Shown piece after piece: positions 1-10,409 of a DNA stretch of 64,000 nucleotides. How positions within the stretch are numbered: position 1 is the stretch's first letter; the number at the start of each line of letters is the position of its first letter. This DNA comes from Bdellovibrionales bacterium (GTDB lineage: Bacteria; Pseudomonadota; Alphaproteobacteria; UBA9219), in NCBI GenBank assembly GCA_041662785.1, contig JBAZRW010000002.1, positions 14,313 to 78,312 of the forward strand, written 5' to 3'. The notes beneath the pieces are model-generated. The model saw only the letters and a list, made by a program, of their open reading frames with translations, did not search any database and was not told where the DNA came from. The position numbers and the translations under genes were made by a program.

Positions 1-1
1 C

Positions 2-1237
2 TATGCGTTGCCGCAAGCGCCGCAGCAGTTCAAGCAATTGCTGATGATCGCGGGCTATGACCGCTATTTCCAAATCGCGCCTTGCTTCCGCGACGAGGAT
101 GCGCGAGCAGATCGTTCTCCGGGCGAGTTCTATCAACTTGATTTTGAGATGAGCTACGTCACGCAGGACGATATCTTTAACACGATTGAGCCGGTTCTTC
201 ATGGCGTGTTTGATGAGTTCGGCGGCTTCCGCCGTGAGGCGAAGCCTGCCGTTGATGGCATTCCTTTCCGCCGCATCCCGTATGATGAGGCGATGCTGAC
301 CTATGGCTCGGACAAGCCCGATCTGCGCAACCCGCTTGTGATTGTGGACGTGACAAGCGTGTTTAAGCGCGATGATGTCGAATTCCGCGCCTTTCGCTCC
401 ACCATTGATGCGGGCGGCGTTGTTCGCGCCATTCGCGCCCCTAAGGTTTCCGATAAGCCGCGCAGCTTCTTTGACAAGTTGAACGATTGGGCGAAGGATA
501 TTGGCGCGGTGGGCCTTGGTTATATTGTGTTCGAAAACGGCGCGGGGAAGGGGCCTATCGCTCGTTTCGTTGGCGAGGAAGCGCAAAAGGAGCTGCGTGC
601 GTTGACGGGTTGTGAGGATACCGATGCCGTCTTTTTCGTGTGCGATAAGCCCATGGTGGCCGCGAAGATGGCGGGGCAGGCTCGTACCAAGATCGCGCAG
701 GATATGGACATCATCGAGAAGAACGCTTTCCGTTTCTGCTGGATCGTCGATTTCCCGATGTTCGAGTATGATGAGGAACGCAAGAAGATCGACTTTTCGC
801 ATAACCCGTTCTCAATGCCGCAAGGCGGCATAGAGGCTTTGGATACGCAAGACCCGCTCACGATCAAAGCCTATCAGTACGACATCGTGTGCAACGGGAT
901 TGAGTTGTCGTCCGGCGCAATCCGCAACCATCTTCCCGAAGGCATGTACAGGGCGTTCGCGATTGCGGGTTATCCGGCGGAGGAACTGGAAAAACGCTTT
1001 GGCGGGATGCTCTCGGCGCTGAAGCTCGGCGCGCCGCCGCATGGTGGCTCAGCCCCCGGCATTGATCGCATCGTGATGCTGCTGGCTGATGAGCCGAACA
1101 TCCGTGAGATCATCGCCTTTCCACTGAACCAACAGGCACAGGATTTGATGATGCAAGCGCCCAACGTCATCGATGAAGATCGCCTGCGCGAGCTTCATAT
1201 CCGCCTGTCGCTTCCCGTAAAGAAGGTGGCGGGGTAG
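2..1237 (+). CDS. aspS: Aspartate--tRNA ligase, C-terminal part. The gene is truncated at the window start.
   Basis: The translation carries class II aaRS motifs ([19 protein letters not shown]) and the AspRS insertion-domain and C-terminal signature. The open frame runs off the 5' edge of the window. Confidence 0.9.
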   Translation, partial: YALPQAPQQFKQLLMIAGYDRYFQIAPCFRDEDARADRSPGEFYQLDFEMSYVTQDDIFNTIEPVLHGVFDEFGGFRREAKPAVDGIPFRRIPYDEAMLTYGSDKPDLRNPLVIVDVTSVFKRDDVEFRAFRSTIDAGGVVRAIRAPKVSDKPRSFFDKLNDWAKDIGAVGLGYIVFENGAGKGPIARFVGEEAQKELRALTGCEDTDAVFFVCDKPMVAAKMAGQARTKIAQDMDIIEKNAFRFCWIVDFPMFEYDEERKKIDFSHNPFSMPQGGIEALDTQDPLTIKAYQYDIVCNGIELSSGAIRNHLPEGMYRAFAIAGYPAEELEKRFGGMLSALKLGAPPHGGSAPGIDRIVMLLADEPNIREIIAFPLNQQAQDLMMQAPNVIDEDRLRELHIRLSLPVKKVAG

Positions 1238-1280
1238 AAGGTTTTACGCCAACGACTCGATGAAGTGACTTATTGAGAAA

Positions 1281-1418
1281 GAAAACAAACGGGATTCCCG
1301 CTTTTCCCTTTCGCCCGCCGCAAGAGCGGCGGGACGAGGGCGCGGGAATGACGGATTTATTTTAACATTAATCCACAAGTGTCATCCCCGCGAAAGCGGG
1401 GATCCCGTTTTTTTTGAC
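1281..1418. repeat. Family-A nested palindromic repeat element (REP/MITE-like), copy A1. It holds the ~65-bp module GGGATTCCCGCTTTTCCCTTTCGCCCGCCGCAAGAGCGGCGGGACGAGGGCGCGGGAATGACG plus the hairpin unit GTCATCCCCGCGAAAGCGGGGATCCCG.
   Basis: Seen directly. The unit (C)GTCATCCC-stem-GAAA/TTTC loop-stem-GGGATCCCG recurs at 7 other loci. Base changes across copies preserve the stem pairing. This copy lies between convergent aspS and the MCP gene. Confidence 0.85.
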
Positions 1419-1426
1419 CGTTGGTT

Positions 1427-2926
1427 TTACGCCCTAACCTTTTCCAAGAACTTCTGCACCTTTTGGCCGAGCGAGGCGGATTGTTCGGTCAATTTGTTGG
1501 CCGCCGCCTGTACTTGCGAAGAGACACTGCCTGTCTCTTCCGCCGCACGGCTGACGCCGCCGACATTGCGCGATACGTCGCGCGTGCCTGTGGTGGCCTC
1601 GGCAATGTTGCGGGCGATTTCCTGTGTTGCCGTTCCTTGCTCTTCAATCGCGGCAGCGATGCGTGTAGAGACTTGATTGATCCCTACGATGGTTTCGCGG
1701 ATTCTTTCAATCTCGCCCACGGCGATGCCTGTGGCTTGTTGAACGCTGCCAATTTGGTTGGTAATCTCTTCGGTCGCTTTGGCAGTTTGGGTCGCCAGCG
1801 ATTTAACTTCACTGGCCACGACGGCAAAGCCTTTGCCTGCCTCGCCCGCCCGCGCGGCCTCAATGGTGGCGTTAAGCGCCAGTAGGTTGGTCTGACTGGC
1901 AATCTCGCCAATCAAGCTTATAACGCGGCCTATTTTTTCAGCAGTTTCGGCAAGGTCGCGCACAGTTTTGTTGGTCGTATTGGCTTGCTCAACGGCTTTG
2001 TGCGTGATGTCCGAGGATTCGGTAACCTGACGGCTAATCTCACCGATCGAGGCCGTCAGTTCCTCTGTCGCCGTTGCAACGGTTTGCATGTTGGACGAGG
2101 TTTGCTCAGCCGCCGCCGCGACGGTTGCCGTGAGCTTGTTGGACTCTTGCGAGGTGGAGGCTAACGTGTCAGCGGCAGATTTAAGCTCGTGGGCTGAGGT
2201 GGTCACGTCATCCACAACCATTTTAATACTATCCTCAAACTCCTTGGCGAGTACCAGCATTTCAGCTTTGCGTTGTTTCATGGCGCCCACAATTATCCAT
2301 ATCAAGATCAAGTAGGCGATGCCTAGACCGATAATGGAAACAAGCAGGTGTTGAACTTTTGAATCATCAAGCTCAGATAAGAGTGTCGATTTTTTTTCAT
2401 CGATCGCGTTCTTGTAGGCCGTAATGATGTCGATGAGGTTTTGCCGTGCTTGCAAGCGAAGCTCCCCAGAAGACAGGGCAATCTCTATGCCCTCAGCTTG
2501 TTTCCCAGCTTTCTTAAGGACTATCATCTTTTCAATGTTGTCAGAATATTTTTTCATAGTCGTCAAAGAGTCTTCGACAAGTTTCTTGCGTTCCGCGTTT
2601 TTAATGAGAGATTGAAACCCTGTCATATCAGTAATGAATTTCTTGTAGATTTCTTGATAGTTTGTTACGGCCTTGTTAATTCCTTCGACAGATTCCTCTA
2701 GCATGATCGTTTTTACCGCACCTTCAATACGATTCAGTGTTGAACGACCTTCAAGGGCAACAATGGAGCGAGTGACATCATTTTCGATAATACTGGTAAG
2801 ACCCCCCTCAGCATTCGAAAAACCAAGTCTTGCCGTGACAATCAAAACCACACAGACAGCGACGACGAGGATCTGTGGAATAAAAACTTTGACAAGCAAA
2901 CTGCTTTGAGACCACCAACGAAACAT
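1427..2926 (-). CDS. Methyl-accepting chemotaxis protein (transmembrane, HAMP domain, MCP signalling domain).
   Basis: N-terminal TM helix. The C-terminal region carries the highly conserved MCP signalling-domain motif ([30 protein letters not shown]) and methylation-helix repeats. Confidence 0.9.
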   Translation of the reverse strand: MFRWWSQSSLLVKVFIPQILVVAVCVVLIVTARLGFSNAEGGLTSIIENDVTRSIVALEGRSTLNRIEGAVKTIMLEESVEGINKAVTNYQEIYKKFITDMTGFQSLIKNAERKKLVEDSLTTMKKYSDNIEKMIVLKKAGKQAEGIEIALSSGELRLQARQNLIDIITAYKNAIDEKKSTLLSELDDSKVQHLLVSIIGLGIAYLILIWIIVGAMKQRKAEMLVLAKEFEDSIKMVVDDVTTSAHELKSAADTLASTSQESNKLTATVAAAAEQTSSNMQTVATATEELTASIGEISRQVTESSDITHKAVEQANTTNKTVRDLAETAEKIGRVISLIGEIASQTNLLALNATIEAARAGEAGKGFAVVASEVKSLATQTAKATEEITNQIGSVQQATGIAVGEIERIRETIVGINQVSTRIAAAIEEQGTATQEIARNIAEATTGTRDVSRNVGGVSRAAEETGSVSSQVQAAANKLTEQSASLGQKVQKFLEKVRA

Positions 2927-3156
2927 GACATCTTCCCCTTCTGATAAGATGTTCTATTAATAATAAATAGAAGTGAAAAAAGAATTACCGAAATAATATG
3001 ATGGTATGACGTCAATATAGTATTCAAGCTGGTTTTTTCGATGATATTGGGAGCGAGATGGTTCTTTCTTAAATGAATACATATGTGTTACTTTGTAATC
3101 GAGGATTGAACTCTCTCTTTGCGTTTTAGATTGAAAATGAGTATCAATTCCGTTCC

Positions 3157-4107
3157 ATGAGCGTCCTATTAAATGCCCTTCACAAAGCGGCGCACGATTA
3201 TAGAAGTCAGAAGGCTCCTGTTATTGTTCCGTTATTGTCATCGCGTCCTGCTTTCTCGTTGAGGAAGCGGGTGGCGTTTGTTTCTGCGCTTGTGGCTCTC
3301 CTTTTCGTTGTTATTGGCGTGCTGGCTTTTTATGGTGGTGAGGCGGTGGCTGCGAAAGAAAACCTTTCAAAACGACAGGTTGCCGCTACACTTGTTCAAA
3401 AGAGCCCGCCGACTTCAAAGAAGGCTCGCAAGATGCAAGAGGGTGAGCCTTTGGGCATCGCTCTTTCAGAGGGAAGCCAAGATTCCGAGGTTCAGGACAA
3501 GCCCGTTAAGGCCGCGCCAGCCACCGCCACGAAATCGGGTGCAACGATTGTCGTGACCAAGGTCGAGAAAAAGTCGGCGAGCAGTGAAGATAGCGAGGAT
3601 GTCGAGCGGGGTAGCGGCGATACGCTATCGCTCGCGCGCAAGGCTACGCAGGATGGAGCTTGGGACAAGGCCATCAAGCTGTATGGCGTGATTTTGAAAA
3701 AAGAGCCTAAAAATCAGGCGGCCTTGCAGGGCAAGGTTTTTGCGCTCTCGCAGCGTGGGCGCGATGAGGATTTGGACGTTTTGGATGGAATAGCCGAGAA
3801 AAACCCGTCTCTAGCGGCGGTGCATGCCGCCCGCGCCCGCATTCTGGTGCGGCAAAAGGATACGATGGAGGCTTTGACCGCTTGGCAAAAGGCCGTTGCG
3901 CTTGATCCCAAGAACAAGGATTGCCGTCTGGGCCTAGCCATCTTGAATGACAAGCTGGGACGGCAGGATGAGGCGCTGAAGCTTTATCGTGCGATCCCCA
4001 AACCCTTGCCGCCCGAGGCGCAGCGTCGTTTGGACTATTTGGCGTCGCATGAGGCGTCTGCGCCATCGTCTGCGGATGATGCAGGCGAAAGAGATACGGA
4101 CGAGTAA
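3157..4107 (+). CDS. TPR-repeat membrane-anchored protein, MshN-like pilus biogenesis factor.
   Basis: One N-terminal TM helix and a Lys/Ser-rich linker, followed by a C-terminal TPR region (WDKAIKLYGVILKKEPKNQAALQGK...ALDPKNKDCRLGLA). It is immediately followed by an ExeA-like ATPase, as in mshM/mshN. Confidence 0.55.
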   Translation: MSVLLNALHKAAHDYRSQKAPVIVPLLSSRPAFSLRKRVAFVSALVALLFVVIGVLAFYGGEAVAAKENLSKRQVAATLVQKSPPTSKKARKMQEGEPLGIALSEGSQDSEVQDKPVKAAPATATKSGATIVVTKVEKKSASSEDSEDVERGSGDTLSLARKATQDGAWDKAIKLYGVILKKEPKNQAALQGKVFALSQRGRDEDLDVLDGIAEKNPSLAAVHAARARILVRQKDTMEALTAWQKAVALDPKNKDCRLGLAILNDKLGRQDEALKLYRAIPKPLPPEAQRRLDYLASHEASAPSSADDAGERDTDE

Positions 4108-4116
4108 AGGGACTTT

Positions 4117-4992
4117 ATGCCTTTTTTGACGCATTTTGGCCTTGCCACCTATCCCTTTGGTCTTACACCCAATCCCGCCCTTTATTACGCGTGGGGTGAA
4201 ACGGAATCCCTTCTTGCGGCGTTGAAGTTTTCGATCACGCGTGGCGACGGCCTTTTGAAAATTGTTGGTGAGGTCGGGAGTGGTAAGACGCTTTTGTGCC
4301 GCCTTCTTCTCGATGGTTTAAATCAGCTTCCTATCGATATTGCTTATCTTAATGCGCCTGTGGCGATCCAACCCAATGCGCTGCCTGCACTGGTTGCTCA
4401 TGAGTTTGGGATCAAGCGCAAGGCTGGGCAGGACGAAGGCGAGGCGCTTCGCACGTTCCTTTTGGCAAGGCATGCGCAGGGTCGTCGTTGCGTTTTGGTG
4501 ATTGATGAGGCGCAGGCGCTTGGCGCGGCGGGACTGGAGGTCGTGCGGCTTCTCTCAAACCTTGAGACGGAGACGGACAAGCTGTTGCAGATCGTTCTGT
4601 TTGGGCAGGCGGAGCTTGACCGGCTTTTGCATCAAAAAGCCTTGCGTCAGATTTTACAGCGCATTCATTTCAGCTTTATGACAAGGCCGTTTCCGCGCGA
4701 GGTTGTGGATTCGTACATTCGTTTTCGCCTAGAACATTGCGCGGTGAAGGCGGGTAAGGGGCGGCATAAAAAGAGCGGCCTTAGCGTTTCCTTTGCGCCA
4801 CAAGCCACGTCGATGATCGCTCGCGCCAGCGGCGGCTTGCCGCGCCTTGTGAATGTCTTGGCGGATAAGGCTTTGCTGGCGGCCTATGCGCAGGGCGTAA
4901 CGCTGATTGAGCCCGCGCACGTTCACGCTGCGTGCCGCGAGACGGCAGGGTTGGCGTGGCCGTGGAATTGGATCAATAAATTCCTTCCATAA
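4117..4992 (+). CDS. ExeA/GspA/MshM-like AAA ATPase of the type II secretion / MSHA pilus pathway.
   Basis: N-terminus FGLTPNPALYY...GEVGSGKTLLCRLL with Walker A, and the DEAQ Walker B motif (VLVIDEAQAL). This is typical of the ExeA family. Confidence 0.8.
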   Translation: MPFLTHFGLATYPFGLTPNPALYYAWGETESLLAALKFSITRGDGLLKIVGEVGSGKTLLCRLLLDGLNQLPIDIAYLNAPVAIQPNALPALVAHEFGIKRKAGQDEGEALRTFLLARHAQGRRCVLVIDEAQALGAAGLEVVRLLSNLETETDKLLQIVLFGQAELDRLLHQKALRQILQRIHFSFMTRPFPREVVDSYIRFRLEHCAVKAGKGRHKKSGLSVSFAPQATSMIARASGGLPRLVNVLADKALLAAYAQGVTLIEPAHVHAACRETAGLAWPWNWINKFLP

Positions 4993-5371
4993 CCGCGCCC
5001 GTGAGAAGGTTGAGGCTTTGGTTGGTTCGCAGCGTTACCTCGCGCGGCTCTTTCTCGCCCAGCAAAAGGATGGACAGGCGCACGCTATCCGGCTCGACGC
5101 TTTGGATATGAAGGTTGGGTCGATCCGTCTGAGGCGTCCATTTTTCGCCCTGAAGCCACACCGTCCATTGATCCGCACTGACATACATAATGCTACCGCA
5201 ATGAAGAACGTGCTTGGCTTGCGCCAGCAAAGCGGGCTCCTCGCGGCGTAACGCGGTTTCAATTTGCCAGACTTCTTGGGGCGTATAAAACAGCGAGGGC
5301 GGCGCCTCTTGCGCCCTCAGTGGTGAGGCGAAGAGGGCAAGTGCGGCGAGGAAAAGGCCTTTTCTTATCAT
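4973..5371 (-). CDS. Small secreted pilus-assembly protein (MshK-like, putative).
   Basis: The start is assigned to the internal Met MIRKGLFLAALALFASPLRAQEA, which forms a signal peptide. This start overlaps the upstream gene's stop by 4 bp, suggesting translational coupling. It is the last gene of the minus-strand pilus operon. Confidence 0.45.
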   Translation of the reverse strand: MIRKGLFLAALALFASPLRAQEAPPSLFYTPQEVWQIETALRREEPALLAQAKHVLHCGSIMYVSADQWTVWLQGEKWTPQTDRPNLHIQSVEPDSVRLSILLLGEKEPREVTLRTNQSLNLLTGAVMEGIY

Positions 5372-5970
5372 GGCGCAGCTCCCTCGGCGGGTGCATTGGT
5401 TAGCCACAGAAAGCGTGCTGTCATGTGAAGGTTGAGCGCGGACAAAGGCGCGGCGTCATTATGGACGATGGGCTTGATCGTCAGTTGTTGCAGGGCCAGA
5501 CGACCCTCTAGCGCATTCAGGTGGGACAGGAAGCCTATAATATCGGCATCATTAGGCGCGTCAGCCTCTAGCGTCAGCGCACTTTGCGCTATGCCGTCGA
5601 TCCCCGTGAACGGCCCTGTTCCCGTCCATGGCTGCGTGGCAGAGAGAAGATAGGTCGTGTTAAACAGTCGCGCCGAGGCCGCCACGCTTTCCAGCCGCTG
5701 GGTCATCAACGGGCGGTCACTGGGCGCAAGAAGGGCGCTGATGTCGTTGGGGGAGAGTGTTCCGTCGATGGTTTTTGCCGTCTGCAGGTCTGCTTCAAAT
5801 TGCACCTTTTGCTGGGCAAGGGCGAAGAACCGCGCCGCAAGGTCGTCTTGCGTTTTGGCTTGGCGTAGTCGCAAGACTTGCGCCGCCATCGGCTCCACCA
5901 GCGTCAAGGTAAGCGCCAGCGCAAGCCCCAAGACCCACGCGCGGTGATAGAGCCATTGGCGGCGGGTCAT
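5368..5970 (-). CDS. PilO/GspM/MshJ-like pilus assembly protein.
   Basis: N-terminal TM helix (WVLGLALALTLTLV) followed by a coiled-coil and a periplasmic domain. Its size and position, between the MshI-like and MshK-like genes, fit this assignment. Confidence 0.5.
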   Translation of the reverse strand: MTRRQWLYHRAWVLGLALALTLTLVEPMAAQVLRLRQAKTQDDLAARFFALAQQKVQFEADLQTAKTIDGTLSPNDISALLAPSDRPLMTQRLESVAASARLFNTTYLLSATQPWTGTGPFTGIDGIAQSALTLEADAPNDADIIGFLSHLNALEGRLALQQLTIKPIVHNDAAPLSALNLHMTARFLWLTNAPAEGAAP

Positions 5971-7439
5971 GGCTCTTTCCTTTCAATGGTGAAAGAGGCC
6001 GTGTCCTTGGGTGCGGCGCTCTTTTGTTGAGTGGCGCTAGAGAGGGCCGCGCCCGCGCCACCTTCTTGTGGCCCCTTCACGAGCGTGACGGCATAGGCTG
6101 GTAGGCCTTCTTGTAAAATACGCAAAAGCGCGTCGGCTTGAACCCTGTTTTGATCGGACTCATTGTCTGTTGGCGCAGCGAATTTGACATCAAGCGTCAG
6201 GACGCCCTCTTTCCAGTCAAGCGTGGTCGCCCTTGCATGATCTTGCATAAGCGGCGCAAGGTCGGTCCAAAGCGCGACGATTTCGGGCGGGGTGTTATGG
6301 AACAAACGCTGGCGCTCTACGGCTCGTCTTAAGGTCGCCAGCGACCCCGCGTTATCGCCCGTTGTCGCTTTGGCTTGAGAGCTGGCCAAGCTTGTCTCCA
6401 GTCTTTGAACGGCTTCGCGCGAGGCGTAGGTGGCTCTCAGGTCTTTGGTCAGCAAGGCCGTGTCTACCGTCATCATCGCAAGGAGAAGGGCCAGCATCAA
6501 CGCCATAGCGATCAAGCCCGCGAGACGGATACGCGATGCGTTGTAAAGCCTCCGCGTTTCCGGCTTCATCAGGAGGGCAGTAGGGCGGCGGCGCTGCGCT
6601 AGGGCGACAAGGTGCAGCAGATCGCTATGCGGCTCATCCTCTGACGGGGCAAAGGGAAGGCCAAGCGTGAGCGCTGCTTGATGCGGCGTGAAAAGAGCGC
6701 GGGAGGACACATCCATCGGCGTAACGGCCAGCGCTTCGTGCGTGGCAGCGGCCATCACGGCAACAAGCGTCAGCGGTTCATCGGATGTCAGGCCAAAACG
6801 CGCCAGATAGTCGCGCAGGGTCTTAATTTCGACCGCGATGGTGGAGGCGATGAGGCCTGCGCTGGACGATGCGGGCGGTGAGCGCGTGAGGCGTGTGAAA
6901 ACCATCTGGCCATCGCGCATGGCGATAAAGCGGGTGTGCCCCGTTTTCTGTTGCGTTAGGAAAAAGCACCAGCCCGTTGCCGCCGCAGGTGTAAGACGAG
7001 CGGCAAGGCCCGCGCTTTCCATCGGCAGCAGGCTAACAAAACCGGACAGGGCAGAACGCGCCGCCAGCCTCTCCAGCCAGACGGAAAGCGCGGCGTTTTC
7101 TTGGATGGCCATCAGCGTTGCGGTTTTATTTTTGTGCTGAAGAAATCCTTTATGTTCATGGCCTTCATAAGCGTCGTTCAGGCGGCGCTTTAGGATTTTA
7201 AGGCGATCCCAAGGTGCAAGAGGTGGCAGGGTTTCCGTTTTGTAAAGCTGCGCCTCACCATCATAAAGGATGAGGACGGGCACACGCGGCGCGGCGGCCA
7301 ATTCATCCATAATCGCGCCTGTTTCGTCTTTGTCGCTCGTGGCTGCAAAAACGGGATGGGCCTTTTTCAGTCGCGCGGGCGGCAGCAAGAACGCGCCCCT
7401 GTCGCCGACCAAAAGAAGAAACGAGCGTTTGGGGTTCAT
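5967..7439 (-). CDS. MshI/GspL-like protein: an actin-like cytoplasmic domain, one TM helix and a periplasmic domain (PilM-PilN fusion type).
   Basis: The start is reassigned to MNPKRSFLLL, giving TAAGGCCATG immediately after the GspF stop. A central TM helix is present (LAGLIAMALMLALLLAMM). Size is about 490 aa, and the gene lies between gspF and the PilO-like gene. Confidence 0.5.
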   Translation of the reverse strand: MNPKRSFLLLVGDRGAFLLPPARLKKAHPVFAATSDKDETGAIMDELAAAPRVPVLILYDGEAQLYKTETLPPLAPWDRLKILKRRLNDAYEGHEHKGFLQHKNKTATLMAIQENAALSVWLERLAARSALSGFVSLLPMESAGLAARLTPAAATGWCFFLTQQKTGHTRFIAMRDGQMVFTRLTRSPPASSSAGLIASTIAVEIKTLRDYLARFGLTSDEPLTLVAVMAAATHEALAVTPMDVSSRALFTPHQAALTLGLPFAPSEDEPHSDLLHLVALAQRRRPTALLMKPETRRLYNASRIRLAGLIAMALMLALLLAMMTVDTALLTKDLRATYASREAVQRLETSLASSQAKATTGDNAGSLATLRRAVERQRLFHNTPPEIVALWTDLAPLMQDHARATTLDWKEGVLTLDVKFAAPTDNESDQNRVQADALLRILQEGLPAYAVTLVKGPQEGGAGAALSSATQQKSAAPKDTASFTIERKEP

Positions 7440-7443
7440 GGCC

Positions 7444-8661
7444 TTACATTCCCTGCGCAAGTGGCGTGAGCGAGCCATAGACAGGCCCCAGAACAGCCAG
7501 AACAATCCATGCCAACAACCCACCGACCGACAGGGTAAGCGCAGGCTCTAACGCGCCAAGGAAGGCGTCGATGGATTCTTTGGCCTGCGTCTCAAAGCCC
7601 GCTGCGATGTCATCTAGCACGGCTTCTAGCGTGCCACTTTTCTCGGCGACGATCAATCTCTGCGTGATAAGCGGATCAAACAGCGTGGCCGTCGCTTGGG
7701 ACAAGGGCTTGCCTGTTAAAAGGCTGTTTTTAGCCTCTACCACTTGTGCCTCTAGCGCGGCGTTGACACAGGTTGGTGCTGCCGTCTCTAAGGCTTCGGG
7801 CAGGGTTAACCCCGCCTTGATCAAAAGAGCAAAGCTTGCCGTCAGGCGCGACAGCGCGATTTTTTGAAGAAGAACGCCAACCACGGGCAGGGAAAGAAGG
7901 ATGCGATCCGTCGTGATTTTTACGGCGTGATGGCGGCGGCGTAGGTGGACGAGGGGAACAGCCAGTGTCAGTGCCGCAAGAGGCAACGCCCACCACAAGG
8001 TTGCGAACAAATCGGCGCTGCTGATCAAAAAGAGGGTCATGGGCGGCAAGGTCGTGCCCAAGCTTGTCAAAAAAGCGATGAGTTGAGGCACGACGAACGT
8101 CATCATAAAGCCCGTTACGCTCAGCGCGACGACCATCAGAAACAAGGGATAGCGGATGGCGCGGCGCAGTTGTTTTCTCAGCGCCTGTTGTTCTTGAAAA
8201 TGGCGGGCAAGGCGCGAGAAGGTTTCCGCAAGGTCGCCGTTTTTCTCACCCGCGCGAAGGATGGACAGGGCCACCGCGTCGAATAGAAAGGGGACGCTTT
8301 CAAAGCTTTGCGTGATGGAGGCTCCCGCTAAGAGTTTCTTTTCAATCTCGTCCAAAGGGTGGCGCAGGGCCGTATCACGCATGGCTTGAAGAACATGGTG
8401 AAGCGCCTGCGCAAAAGGCAGGCCCGCTTTCAAAAGATCGCGCAACTGCCCGCAGAGGAGAAGGCGTTCTTCACCTCGCAATGTGGGTTTGAACGGGTTG
8501 ACCCAAAGGGAAGGCGGCCCCTCGCGCCGTTCGCGGGCGTCGATCAGCTCCATATCCTGCTGGCGCAAAAGGCTGGCCAGATCGTTCTCATTCGCCGCTG
8601 TCATCAGGCCTTTTTGCAAGCGTCCTGCCGCATTCACCGCGCGATAGGCAAAGGCGGTCAT
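7444..8661 (-). CDS. gspF: Type II secretion / type IV pilus inner-membrane platform protein GspF/PilC/MshG.
   Basis: Two GspF repeats and three TM segments. The N-terminus MTAFAYRAVNAAGRLQKG is typical of the family. Confidence 0.85.
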   Translation of the reverse strand: MTAFAYRAVNAAGRLQKGLMTAANENDLASLLRQQDMELIDARERREGPPSLWVNPFKPTLRGEERLLLCGQLRDLLKAGLPFAQALHHVLQAMRDTALRHPLDEIEKKLLAGASITQSFESVPFLFDAVALSILRAGEKNGDLAETFSRLARHFQEQQALRKQLRRAIRYPLFLMVVALSVTGFMMTFVVPQLIAFLTSLGTTLPPMTLFLISSADLFATLWWALPLAALTLAVPLVHLRRRHHAVKITTDRILLSLPVVGVLLQKIALSRLTASFALLIKAGLTLPEALETAAPTCVNAALEAQVVEAKNSLLTGKPLSQATATLFDPLITQRLIVAEKSGTLEAVLDDIAAGFETQAKESIDAFLGALEPALTLSVGGLLAWIVLAVLGPVYGSLTPLAQGM

Positions 8662-10409
8662 GGCCGTCCCCGTGTCAGATCAACGGCGCGGCGCAGATCG
8701 TCCAAGGCAATGTCTCCCGTCATAACGCGCCTTAGGCCATCTTGTTGCATCGTGACGAAACTCTCGCGGCGGGCGGCATCCAGCAGCGCGGCGCGGGGCG
8801 CTTTGGCCGCGATTAGGTCATCCAGCGCGGGCGTGATGGGAAGCGCTTCGGCAATCACGCTGCGTCCCATGCGTCCCGTGTGACCACACGCCTCGCATCC
8901 CTCGGCTTCGGTCAGCTGTGGCGCGTCAAGGCAAAACGCGCTGAAAAGGCCTTGCTCTTCGGGGGTGGCCTCGCGCTCATGCCGGCAATGGGGGCAGAGC
9001 GTGCGGACAAGGCGCTGCGCGATTAAGCCCGAAAGATTGCCGGAAAGGACTCGCGGGTTAAGGCCCAGATCGATAAGGCGCGGCAAAGTCCCCAGCGCAT
9101 CATTGCTGTGCAGTGTCGTATAGACTTGGTGACCCGTCATCGCGGCGCGAAGCGCCATCTGCGCGGTTTCGGGATCGCGGATTTCGCCGATCAGGATAAT
9201 ATCGGGATCCATACGTAAGATGCCGCGCACGCCTGCCGCAAAATCGAGATTCTGGCCATCGGTAAGGGAGGTCTGGCGGATTAGCTCCAGCTGATATTCA
9301 ACTGGCTCCTCCAACGTCGCAATATGCACGTCGGGCGTGCTTATTTTCTTCAGCATAGAATAAAGCGTGGTTGTCTTGCCGCTGCCCGTTGGCCCCGTCA
9401 CCAGCGTGATGCCTTGCGGTTTGTCCGTCATAGCTTGAAGGCGTACTAGCGTCGCCGCGCTATAGCCCAAGGATTCCAGCGGCAGCAGGGATTTTTTATG
9501 ATCCAAAAGGCGCACGACGATGGTTTCACCCCACACCGTCGGCATGATCGCCACGCGGCAATCGACCACGCTATCGCCCTGTTGTTTTTGAAAGCGGCCA
9601 TCTTGGATGCTGCGTGTGTCGGCGATGTTCATGCCAGCCATAATCTTCAGGCGGTGGGACAGCGCAGGCCAGTGAGTCAGATGAATGGCGCGGATTTGGC
9701 GAAGGCGGCCATCGATACGATAGCGCACGCGGACAAAAGATTCTTCGGGTTCAAAATGAATATCGGATGCGCCTTGCCGGATGGCTTCGGCCAAAAGGTG
9801 ATCGACAAGGCGGATAACGGGATGCTCCGCCTCTGCCTTGGCGGGGGACGCTGTGGACTCAATCTCATGCAAAAGATCATAAAGGCTGTCCGCCCGCGCT
9901 GTAAGACTGTCCAGAAAGGCGTCAAGCGAGGCTTGCGATGAGACGCAAAGAGAGAGCGTCGTGGCTAGAGGAAAGGCGCGATGAACCTCATCAATCGCGA
10001 CCAGATCGAACGGGTCAGCCAGCGCGACGGTCAGGGTTTTTCCCGTCAGCGATAGGGGAAGCGCCTTTGCTCTCCTGACCTGATGCGGCGAAAAGTTTTC
10101 CAGCAACGCAAGGTCGGGCGCGATGGCGTCCAAAGGCAGGAACGAAACGCCCGCATGCCGCGCCAGCGCCTTGGCAAGGCTTTCCTGATCCAAAAAACCA
10201 AGCCCAATAAGCGTTGCACCCAGCATAAGGCGTGTTTTGGCTTGCTCATGAAGGGCGATGTGAAGCTGATCGGGCGTTATGATTTTCTCGCGCACCAGAC
10301 GCTCGCCAAACTTAAGAGGCGCGCGCAAGGGCGGGAGAACCTCGACCTCTGTCAGGCTGTCATCATCAAAAGCGAAGGCTTGGGCGGTTGCTTTCATGCT
10401 TGTCACCAT
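8658..10409 (-). CDS. gspE: Type II secretion / type IV pilus assembly ATPase GspE/PilB/MshE.
   Basis: N-terminal GspE_N domain, Walker A GPTGSGKTTT, Asp and His boxes, and the tetracysteine motif CPHC...CEAC. Confidence 0.9.
   Translation of the reverse strand: MVTSMKATAQAFAFDDDSLTEVEVLPPLRAPLKFGERLVREKIITPDQLHIALHEQAKTRLMLGATLIGLGFLDQESLAKALARHAGVSFLPLDAIAPDLALLENFSPHQVRRAKALPLSLTGKTLTVALADPFDLVAIDEVHRAFPLATTLSLCVSSQASLDAFLDSLTARADSLYDLLHEIESTASPAKAEAEHPVIRLVDHLLAEAIRQGASDIHFEPEESFVRVRYRIDGRLRQIRAIHLTHWPALSHRLKIMAGMNIADTRSIQDGRFQKQQGDSVVDCRVAIMPTVWGETIVVRLLDHKKSLLPLESLGYSAATLVRLQAMTDKPQGITLVTGPTGSGKTTTLYSMLKKISTPDVHIATLEEPVEYQLELIRQTSLTDGQNLDFAAGVRGILRMDPDIILIGEIRDPETAQMALRAAMTGHQVYTTLHSNDALGTLPRLIDLGLNPRVLSGNLSGLIAQRLVRTLCPHCRHEREATPEEQGLFSAFCLDAPQLTEAEGCEACGHTGRMGRSVIAEALPITPALDDLIAAKAPRAALLDAARRESFVTMQQDGLRRVMTGDIALDDLRRAVDLTRGRP

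Noticed and set aside
1285-1420. Resemblance of the repeat core (GTCATTCCCGCG...GGGAATC) to neisserial dRS3/Correia-type repeats, raising the question of contamination.
   Set aside because: All flanking genes are clearly alphaproteobacterial (divK-pleD, permuted ssrA, ELM1-like). The similarity is limited to a short GC palindrome, so convergence is more likely than foreign DNA.
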